Below, one piece after another: positions 33,521 to 55,168 of a DNA stretch of 64,000 nucleotides. Source of the DNA: the human T2T-CHM13v2.0 reference genome, Homo sapiens. Position 1 is the stretch's first letter. The number at the start of each line of letters is the position of its first letter. Location: contig CP068257.2 of NCBI GenBank assembly GCA_009914755.4, positions 35,360,001 to 35,424,000 on the forward strand, written 5' to 3'. The notes beneath the pieces were generated by a model. It had not been told where the DNA came from. It saw only the letters and a program-made list of their open reading frames with translations, and ran no database searches. The position numbers and the translations under genes were made by a program.

Positions 33521-33896
33521 GCATAAAACTTTTAAAGCTGCATATGTTTGTGGGGTAAGGTTTTTAAAGTGGATAAAGGTGTGCTGAATGTTTTAACAGG
33601 GTCCAGTTAGAACTGGACGATTTACAGAAGTTATTCTTTCTCTGACACCTGCCACTGCCGAGTTAGGCCCTGTCTGATCGCAGGGCGCCAAATAGCCGTT
33701 AGCAGGGCAAGATTGCTTGTGGCCATAAAGTAGGGCCTGAGGAAATAGGAGTGTTTTATAATCACGAACAGAGCTTAACAAAGAAGCAGCTTCCTGTATC
33801 CCCCAAAGAGTGAACAACTTTATGGAAAAGATTTGGTTTCAAAGAGCCTCATCACTTTCTTAGCTCATCACAGTGAATTATGAAAATATGGCTGGG

Positions 33897-34140
33897 GCCG
33901 GGCGCGGTGTCTCACGCCTGTAATCCCAGCACTTTGGGAGGCCGAGGCGGGCGGATCATGAGATCAGGAGATCGAAACACGGTGAAACCCCATCTCTACT
34001 AAAAATACAAAAAATTAGCCGGGCGTGGTGGCATGCGCCTGTAGTCCCAGCTACTCGGGAGGCTGAGGCAGGAGAATCTCAGTGAGCCGAGATCGCACCA
34101 CTGCACTCCAGCCTGGGTGAGCAGAGTAAGACTCCGTCTC

Positions 34141-34170
<30 letters not shown>
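33897..34170 (+). mobile_element. Alu (young-looking, internally deleted), 27-nt poly(A)
   Basis: GGCCGGGCGCGGTGTCTCACGCCTGTAATCCCAGCACTTTGGGAGGCCGAGGCGGGCGGATCATGAGATCAGGAGATCGAAAC-ACGGTGAAACCCC... lacks part of the left arm and part of the right arm. Confidence 0.85.
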
Positions 34171-34173
<3 letters not shown>

Positions 34174-34375
34174 AGGGAAAATGTAATGTCTGCAGAGGCT
34201 CCTTACAGGCGAATTTGCTCATATATATCATGTGCACATTCCCTCCGCCACCCGCCCCAGCGTCCGTGCAGGATGGAATGGCGTGGAGATTCACGGTGTC
34301 AAAGTCCTTCCTTGTCAGGCCATAGTAAGTTTTGTCCTGTTTCTCATCTGGTTCCAATTGAACTTTGGAATCTGA

Positions 34376-35320
<945 letters not shown>

Positions 35321-35760
35321 CCACTCTGAATTTGATGCTCTCCTCTGCCAAAATAGTCTTAGAATTGCAAACCCACATGCCACAGATGTCTCTGCGAGGC
35401 CCTTCATGAACCCGTTCCTGACCTTCCTTCATGCTTAGAATCATGGGTATCTTACCGTGTGATGCTTTGTAGCTGGTTATTAGCATACATGTGCGTCTCT
35501 GTCCATTAGATTGTAAAATGCTGGACTGAGGCACTGTGTCCAACTCCTTCCATCTGAATTCTTCACAGTGCCTGGGACATTTTGGGCCGCGGTAACAGGA
35601 ACACGGGCTTATCGAATACTGATAAGGTGTCTAAACTCTCTAAAATTGGTATTGATATGACCAACTGCAGATGACTTACGTTCTGTGGTTTAAAACCTCA
35701 GGATGTCACCTTCCGACACTCCTGCACTGTCTCTGTGTTTGTATGTGTCTGTCGTTACAG

Positions 35761-35828
35761 CTTGAACCTAGGGCTGACCAACACACTTTTGGATCAAAGG
35801 GAGCCTTTGGGTTTCAGCATCCTGTAAG
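35761..35828 (+). CDS. RIPPLY3: RIPPLY3 coding exon 3 ([22 protein letters not shown] + AG)
   Basis: Acceptor tgtctgtcgttacag|CTT at 35760/35761. The exon is 68 nt, with donor CCTGTAAG|gtaata at 35829. It encodes the start of the Ripply-homology region (HPVR). Confidence 0.85.
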
Positions 35829-36155
35829 GTAATATACGACTTCACAATAAGTAATCTGTAATTTCCTTTTAATATAGGCATTAATATGCTTTAGTGTCTT
35901 CAACCACATAGATTGTCAACAAAGTGGAAAATAATTCAATGTATTCTTTGGTATTGTTTAGTTTCCTTATACCAAGGAGATTTTGTTGGATTTCTGGAAT
36001 CCATTCATGTATTCATTCATTCAGTGTTTTCTACAAAGTGCAATTGGCCTCTCTCTTTTCTTTATACCTGTTATTTCTACTTCTCATTACAAATTGTGCC
36101 TTGTATTATATTTATATAATTGCATGTGAATTGTATATGCATATACAAAAACTTA

Positions 36156-36617
<462 letters not shown>

Positions 36618-36959
36618 CTAAGTGTGTGTCATGGTCCTGGTGGTGACCAGGATTCTCACTGCTGTATCCATCTACACTCTGTCCATTTTAGACAAGTGGC
36701 TCACGTTCAGGATTTCTGCCTGTCTCTCTGTCTCTGTCTCTCTCTTTTTCTCTGTCTGTCTCGCTCGATCTCCTTTACCAAAATTAACCTTGCCTGGGCC
36801 GCCTCCACCAGGTGCCTTTGCCCTGGTTACCCAAGAAGACTGGAAAGCTTAATACAACCCAAAGACACTCATGTGTAGGCATAAAGCTCAGTCTCCTCAG
36901 ACTGGTCAGAAGGAAGCTTCCCTTGTATGCCTTACACCAATAGTTTTCTTTTCTCTTCT

Positions 36960-37689
<730 letters not shown>

Positions 37690-37949
37690 TGATTAGTTGA
37701 AAATGCTGTGACTGACAAAGCATGAGCTGCAGCCATGCACTGCACACTGGATATACAATTTCACTTTATATTTTTATTACAGAAAATTTCAGACATACAC
37801 AAAAGTGGAGTGAATAGTACAGTGAACCCCATGTACCCATCACCGGCCTCAATAGTTATCAATGTTCTGAGCTCATCATATTTATCACCCGCAACTATGT
37901 TGTTGTTGTTGTTAGCATATTTTATTTTATTTATTTATTTTATTTTGAG

Positions 37950-38222
37950 ATAGGGTCTTGCTCTGTTGCCCAGGCTGGAGTGCAGTGGTGTCATCCCAGC
38001 TCACTGCAGCCTCCACCTCCCCAGGCTTCCATCTCGGCCTCTGGAGTAGCTGGGACTACAGGTACAAACCACCACACCCAGCTAATTTTTTTTTTTTTTT
38101 TTTTTCAGATATGGGGTTTTGCCATGTTGCTCAGGCTGGTCTCAAACTCCTGGGCTCAAGTGATCCTCTTGCTTTGGCTTCCCAAAGTGCTGAGATTACA
38201 GACATGAGCCACTGTGTCCCAC
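37950..38222 (-). mobile_element. Alu (older, antisense)
   Basis: TTTTGAGATAGGGTCTTGCTCTGTTGCCCAGGCTGGAGTGCAGTGGTGTCATCCCAGCTCACTGCAGCC... 24-nt poly-T in linker. Confidence 0.85.
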
Positions 38223-38761
38223 CCCAGCATATTCTAAAGCCAATCTCAGACATGCTAGGAATTCACCTGTGAATACTTCAGCATAAATACCTAATTGTAA
38301 ACATGGCTAAAAATGGAACTATGCTCATATTTCTGTCTTAGATGAACATACACATTCTGTCTGCTGCAGAATTCCTCAACCTCAGCACTATTGGCACTTT
38401 GGGCTGGATAATTCTTCACAGTGGGAGCTATCCTGGGCCTCGTAGGGTGTTTACCAGTATTCCTGGCCTCTACTCACTAAATGTCAGTAGCTTACCCTCC
38501 ATTGTGACAACCAAAAATGTCTCCAGACATTGCCAAATGTCCCCTCGAGGTCGAGAACCATTGGTCTATTGGATATCTTATGAAGTAAAAAACTATCATC
38601 CATTATTTATAGAAGGGTGTTTTCTCTCTCCCTTTTCTCTTCTATCTGAAAAAAAAGGATATTGAAATCAGCTTTGCAAATAAGCAGTGATCAATTGACA
38701 AACTCACTTCTTCAGAAGACCACAGAGAAAAATGCAAATAAGTTAATGAATGAAAAGCAGG

Positions 38762-39055
38762 TCGAGGCATGGTGGCTCATACCTGTAATCTCACACTTTG
38801 GGAGGCCAAGGCAGGAGGATCACTTGAGCTCAGGAGTTGCAGACCAGCCTGGGCAATATGGCGAAACCCTGTCTCTATGAAAAATATAAAGAATTAGCTG
38901 GATGTGGTGGCATGCACCAGTAGTCTCAGCTACTCAGGAGGTTCAGGTGGGAGATGCTTGAGCCCAGGATTTCAAGGCTGCAGTAAGCTATGATTGCCTC
39001 ACTGTGCTCCAGCCTGGGTGGCAGAATGAGACCCTTTCTCAAAAACAAAAAAGAA
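38762..39055 (+). mobile_element. Alu (full length, diverged)
   Basis: GGTCGAGGCATGGTGGCTCATACCTGTAATCTCACACTTTGGGAGGCCAAGGCAGGAGGATCAC... Confidence 0.85.
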
Positions 39056-39082
39056 AGAAAGTAAGTGAAGGATAAGAGATTA

Positions 39083-39382
<300 letters not shown>

Positions 39383-40084
39383 ATTACAGGGAGGGGGTAT
39401 CTTAATACTTGCCATGTATGAGCAAATCCAAAATCTTATAAAACCTGGAATTTAGGGGTTCCAAATTTTACATACTTAAGCACTTTCTTTTTTCTTTCTA
39501 TTTCCTTTTTTCCTAAGCACATCTTTTTTATTCTGGCAGAGCAAAGGACTTGTGCCTCCAATTTCTTTATGGCAACATCTGGAAAAATTAGCTGCTTCTC
39601 TAGACCAGGGTTTCAGAGATGTCAGAGTAAATTTCCTCCAGAACCCAAGGGGTTACAGCATTTCCCATGCTGCAGGGGACAGAGGGTGGGGTGGGAGAGT
39701 GGGGCTTCACCTAAATGGGACATCAATTATCCAAGAAGAGTCAAGTCCGCTATTTGATCAGAGTGAGCCTCCTAATCTTGGAACTCAGTGTTTTCAGTTG
39801 CCTTTTACCTTCCTTGAAGCACACCCTCTTCCTTGCGACTGTCTGAATTGACTGGCTCAGTCAGATTTATAACTCACTTCTGAACCGGGGTAGGTTTATC
39901 ACCAGGTGCCTCCAATAGGTGCCTAGAGTTCTCTGTTCTGATGACTTAAATTCTGTGTGTTGTGAAGGCAAAGACCAGAAAGGAAGACTGGGGAGTTCTC
40001 TGCTTCTGGGAAAAAGCACCCTCTAGAAGCAATTTAGGACGAGGTTCAGGTTGATTAATGGTATATTTGTTTCTTAAATATTAG

Positions 40085-40418
40085 AGTCTATTTACCCATG
40101 TCAAAGCGTCAAGAATACCTGCGGAGTTCCGGGGAGCAAGTACTGGCCAGTTTCCCAGTGCAAGCCACGATTGACTTCTACGACGATGAGTCTACTGAGT
40201 CTGCTTCCGAAGCTGAAGAGCCAGAGGAAGGACCCCCACCCCTCCATCTTCTGCCCCAGGAGGTGGGAGGTCGGCAGGAAAATGGCCCAGGGGGAAAGGG
40301 CAGAGACCAGGGCATCAACCAAGGGCAGCGATCCTCAGGAGGGGGTGACCACTGGGGGGAGGGTCCGCTCCCTCAAGGTGTCTCCTCAAGGGGTGGCAAG
40401 TGCTCCTCATCCAAATGA
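40085..40418 (+). CDS. RIPPLY3: RIPPLY3 coding exon 4 (completes Arg80, then [52 protein letters not shown]...KCSSSK*); start about +/-1 nt
   Basis: Acceptor tttgtttcttaaatattag|A. The frame joins exon 3 (AG+A gives R). The stop TGA ends at 40418, matching the ORF-track entry 40098..40418. FPVQATI(D/S)FY(D/E)(D/E)S is the conserved Ripply-homology core. Total product is 190 aa. Confidence 0.85.
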
Positions 40419-40855
40419 ATCAGTCTCTGTCTCCTGGGCCCTGCTCTGGGACCTGCCCCTCACGTTCTCTTGGGGACACCCGAGCCAGGACACTACGCAT
40501 CCCTGCTGAGTGTGCAGAGGCTAGAGGCTTCTCGGGCAGCCCCTGGCCTGCACACTACTCATGACAGAAAGTCAGCTTTTACTTTTCTTTCCCCTGGCAA
40601 TTCGTTTTTGGTGCACTCATGCATGCCTTTGAGAAAGGATTCTAGGAGAAAGAGAAGGTCTATGTCAACAGAGTTGTTATCTCATAGAGCCAGTTTTCAA
40701 AGCTCCTTCTGCATTGTCACTCACTGATCAGGTGATGAATTCTTCCTAGATAGTCGCCCACTCCACCTCCTACTTAACCTGAGACTCATTATTTAGCTAT
40801 TTCTGCTTTTGTAAAAATAATTCAGATATTAAACTCCAATTTTAATCTATCATCC
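40419..40855 (+). other. RIPPLY3: RIPPLY3 3' UTR (end approximate)
   Basis: Non-repetitive sequence after the stop; ATTAAA variant poly(A) signal at about 40829 just before the next Alu; transcript end not provable from sequence. Confidence 0.45.
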
Positions 40856-40880
40856 AAGGGTAGATGTAGTTGCTTAGTAG

Positions 40881-41538
<658 letters not shown>

Positions 41539-42021
41539 TTAGATAAAAATGTATGTGATGACTGTATAAGGAGGCCTGTGTGTATGAATTTATAGGGAGT
41601 AGAACCGTCTCTCTTCTTAGTTGGTGACTGTTTGGGGCCTGGTATTTTAATAGATGAACACTACTTTTTTAATTTTTTATTTTTTTAACCCTACCCTTAA
41701 CCCATGAACACTATTTTTAATTAAAGTATCTGATGTAAAATTATTTTGAGTTTTTAATATTTTGATAAACGTGTATTCCTGAAACTTTTTGACTTACTTA
41801 TCTTACATGTGGTGTCTTCCTGTATATAGTACATTATATCAATTTCTACTTGAAATAAATATTTTGAAAGAATGTTTGATAATCACCCTTTTTTGCTTAA
41901 GACATTTTTAGAATTAAATAGTTTCTGCTTTAAGGTTTTTTCATTTTTCATGGTTTTTAAAAATAATTCTTTTAAAATTATAACCTATTATTTTATTTCA
42001 GTATTCTGTTTTATTTTTTAA

Positions 42022-42471
<450 letters not shown>

Positions 42472-42484
42472 TAATTAAAAAAAA

Positions 42485-42612
42485 TTTTTTTTTTGTAGAT
42501 ACAGGTTCTCAATACATTGCCAAGGCTGCTCTTGAACTCCTGGCCTCAAGCTATCGTCTTACCTAGGCCTCCTAAAGCACTGGAACTACAGGAATGAGCC
42601 ACCATACTAGGC
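42485..42612 (-). mobile_element. FLAM/Alu monomer (antisense)
   Basis: TTTTTTTTGTAGATACAGGTTCTCAATACATTGCCAAGGCTGCTCTTGAACTCCTGGCCTCAAGC... GAGCCACCATACTAGGCC. Confidence 0.65.
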
Positions 42613-43212
42613 CCAATATATTAAAAAGTAGGAGTAATGAATGGAAATACTTTCAGCAATCCAAACACTATAGAAAGTACACATTGCAAAGTAAAATCAC
42701 ATTCTGCTCTTCCCCCTTTCCTTTGTCTAAAGATAACAAACATCAATTGTGTTTTATGGCTTCAGTCTTTTGAAAAATTCCTTTTTTGTGTGTTTTTCTT
42801 TTCTGGGCCTTTTTTTCTTTTAAAATGTTTACTTTTTTGTGTTTTGAACAAATTTGGCTACTTTTTCATTTAAAAATTAAAAATTATATTTTATTGTTTC
42901 TTTTACTTGTTTAAAGTACATCTTTTCAGACTTAAAAACAATTAAACCTGGGTCAATTTCAGAAAGGATTTAAGATGACCCCGAATTTTGCTGGCTTTTC
43001 ACAGAAAAATGCTAGAAGTCTTATCCTCACTCCTTCATGTGATGCTTAAGATAAAAACTAAATAATCACATCTGACTTTGTTGAGTTTTCTTGATAAATC
43101 AGTTTTATTGACAAATAAAGCCTGGTCCAATAATGAGTTTATCCTAAATAAACCAAACATAGTCCAAATTCTGATGGCATCAACCTCCACAGTTTAAAAT
43201 ATGCTGCGTGTG

Positions 43213-43495
43213 CCAGGTGAGATGGTTCACCCCTGTAATCCCAGCACTTTGGGAGACCGAGGCAGGTGGATCACTTGAGTCCAGGAGGTCGAGACCTGCC
43301 TGGACATGGTGAAACCCCTTCTCTACTAAAAATACAAAAAATTCACCAGGCGTGGTGACACGTGCCTGTAGTCTCAGCCACTTGGGAGGCTGAGGTGGGA
43401 GGATCACCTGAGCCTGGGGAGGTTGAGGCTGCAGTGAGCCAAAATCACACCACTGCACTCCAGCTTGGGAGACAGAAAGAGACCCTGCTCAAAAA
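43213..43495 (+). mobile_element. Alu (full length)
   Basis: GCCAGGTGAGATGGTTCACCCCTGTAATCCCAGCACTTTGGGAGACCGAGGCAGGTGGATCAC... Confidence 0.9.
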
Positions 43496-43746
43496 AGTTG
43501 ATTAATATATGCTGTATGATAGTTTTACATTACATTAATTCTAAATTACTTAGAATCTGGCCAGCTTAGTGCAAATACAAAACAAGGCACTTTAGCTATG
43601 GCTAGCAATGGAATCACATATACTGTGGGTCAGACATTTTTGATAGCAAGGATATGGTGAGCTTGGGGCCTCCTTAGCTCTCTGATTGTTACAATTACGT
43701 GAATTAACTAAAAGTCTCAAACCTAAGAGCTCCAGGGTTTTGGTCA

Positions 43747-44070
<324 letters not shown>

Positions 44071-44267
44071 AAATGTGTGCCTGCCCCCTAACATATATTC
44101 ACTTATGAATTATATGTTATGTTGAGCCATTTGAAATTGCTGATGCTTTACCATTTTTAACCTACAAAAAAAGGCAATTTCATATGGTTCAACCAACATG
44201 TACTATTGGGATAATATATTGCGCATTACAAAATATACACAAGACGTATATTTTAAAGGAAAGCCCA

Positions 44268-44390
44268 AGTTGGGCATGGTGGCTTACACCTGTAATCCCA
44301 GCACTTTGGGAGGCCAAGGCTGGAGGATCACTTGTGACCAGCCTGGGCAACATAGCAAGACCACATCTCTACAAAAAAAAAAAAAAAAAA
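44268..44390 (+). mobile_element. FLAM/Alu monomer with 20-nt poly(A)
   Basis: TTGGGCATGGTGGCTTACACCTGTAATCCCAGCACTTTGGGAGGCCAAGGCTGGAGGATCACTTGTGACCAGCCTGGGCAACATAGCAAGACC. Confidence 0.75.
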
Positions 44391-44404
44391 AGCAAATAAG
44401 CAAT

Positions 44405-44885
44405 TTCATCACTTTTTAAAACTTGTATTTTAAGTTCAGAGGTACATGTGCAGGTTTGTTACATAGGTAAATGCATATCATGGGGTCTTTTTATACAGAT
44501 TATTTCATCACCCAGGTATTAAGCCTAGTACCCATTTGTTATTTTTTCTGATCCTCTCCTTCCTTCCACCCACCACCCTCCTATGGGCCCCAAATGTGCG
44601 TTGTTCCTCTCTGTGTGTCCATGTGTTCTCATCATTTAGCTCCCACTTGTAAGTGAGAACATGCAGTATTTGGTTTTCTATTCCTGCATTAGTTTGCTAA
44701 GGATAATGGTCTCCAGCTCCATCCACACTCCTGCAAAGGATATGATCTTGTTCCTTTTTATGGCTGCGAAATATTCCATGGTGTATATGTACCACATTTT
44801 CTCTGTCCAGTCTACCATTGATGGGCATTTAGGTTGATTCCATGTCTTTGCTACTGTGAACAGTGTTGCAATGAACATACACGTG
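44405..44885 (-). mobile_element. L1 3'-end fragment (antisense)
   Basis: ...ttaagttcagaggtacatgtgcaggtttgttacataggtaaatgcat...ctcccacttgtaagtgagaacatgcagtatttggttttctattcctgcattagtttgctaagga... is the reverse complement of the L1 ORF2 end and 3'UTR. Contains ORF 44678-44878 (L1 ORF2 C-terminus). Confidence 0.85.
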
Positions 44886-45134
44886 TTTGTGTCTTTTTAA
44901 AATAATTTTTATTTTAGGTTTGGGGTACATGTGAAGTTTTGTTATACAGGTAAACTCGTGTCACAGGGGTTTGTTGTACGGATTATTTCATCGTCCAGGT
45001 ATTAAGCCTAGTACTCAATAATTATTTTTTCTGCTCCTCTCCCTCCTCCCTCCATCCTCAAGTAGGCCCTAGCATCTGTTGTTCCCCTCTTTGTGTGCAC
45101 GAGTTCTCGTCGTTTAGCTCCCACTTATAAGTGA

Positions 45135-45528
<394 letters not shown>

Positions 45529-46209
45529 GTTCTTTTTTATGGCTGCATAATATTCCACATTTTCTTTATGCAATCTGCCATTGATGGGCATTTAGACTGA
45601 TTCCAGTGGGTGTCTTTATGGTAGAATGATTTATATTCCTTTGGGTATATACCCAGTAATGGGATTGCTGGGTCGAATGGTAGTTCTGTTTTGAGATCTT
45701 TGAGGATTCTCCACTCTGCTTTCCACAATAGTTGAACTAATTTACTTTCCTACCAACAGTGTATAAGCGTTCCCTTTTCTCTGCAACCTCACTAGAATCT
45801 GTTTTTGTTTTGTTTTGTTTTGTTTTGTTTGCTTTTTAACAATAGCCATTCTGACTGGTGTGTGATGGTATCTTATGGTTTTGATTTGCATTTCTCTAAT
45901 GATCAGTGATGTTGAGCTTTTTTTCATGTTGGCCACATTTATGTCTTCTTTTGAGAAGTGTCTATTCAAGCCCTTTTCCCACTTTTTAATGGAGTTGTTT
46001 GTTTTTTTCTCTTGCAAATTTGTTTAAGTACCTTATAGATGTTAGATATTGGACCTTTGTCCAATGTATAGTTTGCAAAATTTCTCTCCCATTCTCTAGG
46101 TTGTCTTCTTACTCTGATGATAGTTTCTTTTGCTGTGCAGAAGCTCTTTAGTTTAATAGATCCCATTTGTCAATTTTTGCTTTTGTTACAATTGCTTTTG
46201 GCATCTCTT

Positions 46210-46576
<367 letters not shown>

Positions 46577-47065
46577 TAGGTTGTCTTCCGGGGTTTTTAT
46601 AGTTCTAGGTTTTACATGTAAGTCTTTAATCCATCTTGAGATGATTTTTGTATATGGTATAAGGAAGGGGTCCAGTTTCAATCTTCTACATATGGCTAGC
46701 CAGTTATCCCAGCACCATTTATTAAATAGGGAGTCCTTTCCCCATTGCTTTTTTTTTTTTTTTTTTTTTTTTGGTCACCTTTGTTAAAGATCAGATGGTT
46801 ATAGGTGTGTGGCCTTATTTCTGGGCTCTCTATTCTGTTCCATCCGTCTATGTGTCTGTTTTTGTACCAGTACCATGTTGTTTTGGTTACTGTAACCCTG
46901 TAGTTTGGCTTGATGTCAGGTAGGGTAATGTCCCCAGCTTTGTTCTTTTTACTTAGGATTGCCTTCACTATTTGGGCTCTTTTTTTTGTTCCATATGAAT
47001 TTTTAAAATAGTTTTTTCTAGTTCTATGAAGAATGTCATTGGAAGTTTGATAGAATAACGTTGAA

Positions 47066-47452
<387 letters not shown>

Positions 47453-48084
47453 TTATTTGTGTCATTTCTGATTTCTTTGAGCAGGGTTTTGTAATTCTCA
47501 TTGCAGAGATCTTTCACTTCCCTGGTTAGCTGTATTCCTAGGTATTTTATTCTTTTTGTGGCGATTGTGAATGGGATTGAATTCCAATTTGACTCTTGCT
47601 GGCTGTTGTTGGTGTATAGGAATGCTGGTGATTTTTGCACATTGGTTTTGTATCCTGAGACTTTGCTGAAGTTGTTTATCAGCTGAAGGAGCTTTTTGGC
47701 CGAGACTTTAGAGTTTTCTAGATACAGGATCATGCCATCTGCAAAGATAGCTTGACTTCCTCTCTTTCCATTTGGAGATGCTCTTTATTTCTTTATCTTG
47801 CCTGATAAGCATTTAAATTATTAATAGTTCTTAAATCCTTTTATTCTCATGAAATAAATATATATACTAAATAATGTATACTGTGTACATATATATAATA
47901 TTTAAGCCACCTCACAGAGAAGCATGGATTCAAATAAAAGAAATATAGCATGCACTTACTAAATTATACTTTTCAGTCACATCCACCAATTTTGAAGAAG
48001 TTTTTACTGAAAGTTGATGAATAAATCTTCTCTTGATGTGAATCCAAGTTTATTTATTTTTCCTTTTTTACTCTTTTTTTTTCT

Positions 48085-48615
<531 letters not shown>

Positions 48616-49839
48616 TTTAAAATGAACCCCATTGTATAACCTTCCTGAAGAAGTCAGAAGATTACCACTAGCCTATCATTCTACAGCAAAACACGAATGG
48701 GGAGAGAGAGAGAAGACTGCTCTTCGAAAGACCAATTTTGGGTTCCTATCTCTTGGATTTTAAAAATCAGGTGATTTCTCTTTAAAAATCTGGATCTCTG
48801 GCAGTGTTTGCATGTGTTCCTGCAAGGAATCAATCAGCTGGAGCTGAGGAACGGCTGTTGGCATTAAACAGCCCAGCCTTCCCCACTCTCCACAGTCTGC
48901 ATCTTCCTCCATCCCCTTCCATTTCTTTCCTGCAACAGCTTGCCTAATAACGGTGCAGTACATGGATTTCACACGTGGTGACATCTCTATGTGTTTTCTC
49001 TGGAATCATTTTAGCATTCTAATCAAAATGGCTGCTCCAACAATGGTTATACTTAGCTAGGTTTTCTATAAAATATCCATTTTTTAAAAGGTAATTTATG
49101 GTTGAGGCTGACTCGTTTGACACATCTTTCTTTCAGTGGCTCACAAAAAGTAGCTCCTAATGAATTTCATTATTGAAACAGAATTTTGCAAATACCACAA
49201 GCTGGAACATGCTAGAAATATCTGCACTTTCACCCAGCTGTACTCAAACCTCCTACGCTGCGTGATTTGATGTAATAATGGTTTATTCAAATCTCCAGCC
49301 ACATCTTCTTTGAGTCTTCCAATAGATTTTCTTACAAAAGAATGCATTTCAATTTCTTGCCATAGTGTTTCCTATTTGCTATTTTAACCAGTTTTACTGT
49401 GGTAGGAAGACAGTGTTTTCTAATATTTTTTAAACTTCTATAATAAACATGGAATTGCAAAACATGCTGTTTAACACACCGTTAAACATTTGTCATTAAG
49501 TTGAGTGAAATTTTGTGTGATCTGGTGTTGAGGATCACATGATTTTTAAACACAATTGACAGTATCTACAGTAAAATGTATGCTTTGCTTGAGGTCCAAT
49601 GATAAAAGATGTTAACAATTCAATTATTTTTCTTGATAATGTTAATTATTTTTGCTAACTTTTTGCCAACTTTTTGCCAGATCTCTTTTAGCTTGTTATG
49701 TGGCTGATGATGAGCTTGCAATAAAGACAGAAATATTAGCCTTGACATTTGTTTGTGGTTTGCTTGAGCTTGCATTATCTATATTATTTTCAATCCAGTT
49801 TCTTGGGAAGAATTTTGTTTGTTTTGTTTTGTTTTAGAG

Positions 49840-50151
<312 letters not shown>

Positions 50152-50168
50152 TAAATTTTAAATTGTGA

Positions 50169-51001
<833 letters not shown>

Positions 51002-51889
51002 TCATAAAAGTGGAATCATAAAATATGTTTTTTTTTAATTTGGCTTCTAAATTATCTTTTAAAACTTAAAAAAAAATTTAGATTAAAAAAAAGCCCAGAA
51101 GTCTCAATACTGCACCCTGTCCCCACCAAACCATGGTCCCTTTCCACACTCGCCTGGGCTGTGCACGTCGACTGTGGTGAGGGCACAGCATTGATGCTGT
51201 CACCAGCACAGCCTTGATTTCGTTACAATCCAATTACCTCGGCTCAGAGAACAATTTATTCTGAATAAAGAAATAAGCAAATCCTTGTTTTGCAAATTTC
51301 TGCTGTTGGCCTAGAGAGTGACAGTGCCCCCAAAGATGGGCCAGCAGGGGCTCAAAGCATCCCACTCATTATGCTCTGCAGGAACGCTCCACTGCATGGG
51401 GCACATGCGTTTTCAGTAGCACTGTCTTCATGCAGAGAGAATAGAACGTTTGTTATCAAAGAAGACTGCAAAAAAGTAAAATCTGTACCACCAACAAGCC
51501 AATTCACTCACGAACTGTTCTTTTTAGGACTTAGGAGTAAATTCTGGTGGGCACCACACAGAGGAGTTTTAGACTATTTCAGGTAGATGTTAAAGTAAGG
51601 CATGAAAAGTAAGGTATAAAATGCTCCCTGAAATTATATGTTAAAGTAAGGTATAAAACTGCTCCCTGAAATTATATATAAGATTATTCTTTCTCTTTAT
51701 ATTCCAGAGGTGTATTTGAAGAGCACATTTTTTAGAGGGAAAGTCATAGCAATTTTGTTACAAATATTAACATCAAGGAAATAAAACCATCCTTCTTTCT
51801 AGGCTAGTTTTTCCATGTAAACTTTTAATTTTTTTTATATTTTGTATTTATTTTATTTTATTTTATTTATTTTTCGAGACAGCGTCTCA

Positions 51890-52569
<680 letters not shown>

Positions 52570-52570
<1 letters not shown>

Positions 52571-52720
52571 ATCAGACAGGGTCACACCCTGTCACCTCAG
52601 CTAGAGTGCAGTGGTGCAGTCACAGCTCACTGTGGCCTTGACCTCCCTGGCTCAAGCTATTGCCTTCCTCAGCCTCCCAAAGTGCTGGGATTACAGGCAT
52701 AAGCCACTGGGCCTGGCCCA
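52570..52720 (-). mobile_element. Alu partial (antisense)
   Basis: GACAGGGTCACACCCTGTCACCTCAGCTAGAGTGCAGTGGTGCAGTCACAGCTCACTGTGGCC... GCCACTGGGCCTGGCC. Confidence 0.7.
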
Positions 52721-53086
52721 ATGTAAACTTTCTATTACAGAATAATACACCTATAGAAACTACATAAATCGTATACTTGATATAATTTGCAAAGTTAATA
52801 TGCTCATGTAAGCAGTACCCAGATCAAAAACAGAGCACAACTGGTCGCCTAGGATAACCCCTTGCACTCTCTTCCAGTCTCCATGCCTCTAAAACCGTAG
52901 ATACGATTTGTCTGGTTTTGAACTTGGTATCAAAGGGACCAAATGGTATGTGCTCTTCTGTGTCTGGCTTCCATCCTTAACATTGTGCTTGGGAGAATCA
53001 GCCAAACTGTGATGTGAAGCTGTAGGCAGCTCGTTCTCATTGCTGAGTAGAACTCTGTTGTGTCAATGTATTCACTGTCCTATTGA

Positions 53087-53783
<697 letters not shown>

Positions 53784-53927
53784 TAGAGGAAAAGAACAAA
53801 GTTACCAAACAGGCTGTTCTTTTCTTTGCGATCTTTACTAATGAACCAGAGCTTAGGGGTGCTGTTGTGTCCAGAAAGTGACCAGAGTCAGTGGGCTCTT
53901 TCTTCTTCCTAAATTGGGATTTTGTAA

Positions 53928-54470
<543 letters not shown>

Positions 54471-54879
54471 CTTAGGAATTCAATCTCTTAAGAAGATCCT
54501 GGAGAAGTCTAATAATTCTCTTCTGAAGGATCTATGAACTTACCAAGGCTTCAACTCATCTCATCTCTTTACATACAGAGAAAATTTAATTACAGAAAGC
54601 GTCAGATTGGAGAACAGAACCCACATCCTACAAATGCTCCTTCTCAGCAGGGAGCATGGCCCCCCCTCCCTGACCTCCCTTCCTCTGGGGTAGCATCCTT
54701 CACCAGGTTTTACTTACACTGACCACGGGCCACCTGTCGCTACTCTTTATCTGCTTCTATCGTACATCCCTACCATGCCAATTATAGATTTTACTAAGAT
54801 TGTTTTCTATTATTTTGGACCCTGAACAATCGACTGAACTGAAAGAGGTTTTATGTTTGTTTCCTTGAGCAGTTTATTT

Positions 54880-55168
54880 AATTTTTAGAGACAGGGTCTT
54901 GCTCCATCGCCCAGGCTGGAGTTCAGTGGAGCAATCAGCTCACTGTAGTCTCGAACTCCTAGACTCAAGTGATTCTCCCGTCTCAGCTTCCTGAGTATCT
55001 GGGACTACAGGTGCAACCATCATGCCCTGCTCATCGTTTTATTTTTTGTAGGGACAGAGTCTTGCTATGTTACCCAGGCTGGTCTCAAAACTCCTTGACT
55101 CAAGTGATGCTCTTGCCTCGATCTCCCACAGCCCTGGGATTACAGGCGTGAGCCACCGTGCCTGGCAT
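54880..55168 (-). mobile_element. Alu (older, antisense)
   Basis: TTTAGAGACAGGGTCTTGCTCCATCGCCCAGGCTGGAGTTCAGTGGAGCAATCAGCTCACTGTAGTC... GAGCCACCGTGCCTGGC. Confidence 0.85.

Noticed and set aside
40171-40509. 112-aa alternative-frame ORF overlapping RIPPLY3 exon 4, and the GAG|gtggga donor-like motif at about 40260 inside exon 4
   Set aside because: The main frame carries the conserved Ripply-homology motif and gives the expected 190-aa product. The overlapping frame has no homology. The internal GT is most likely a chance motif, since the protein continues through it.
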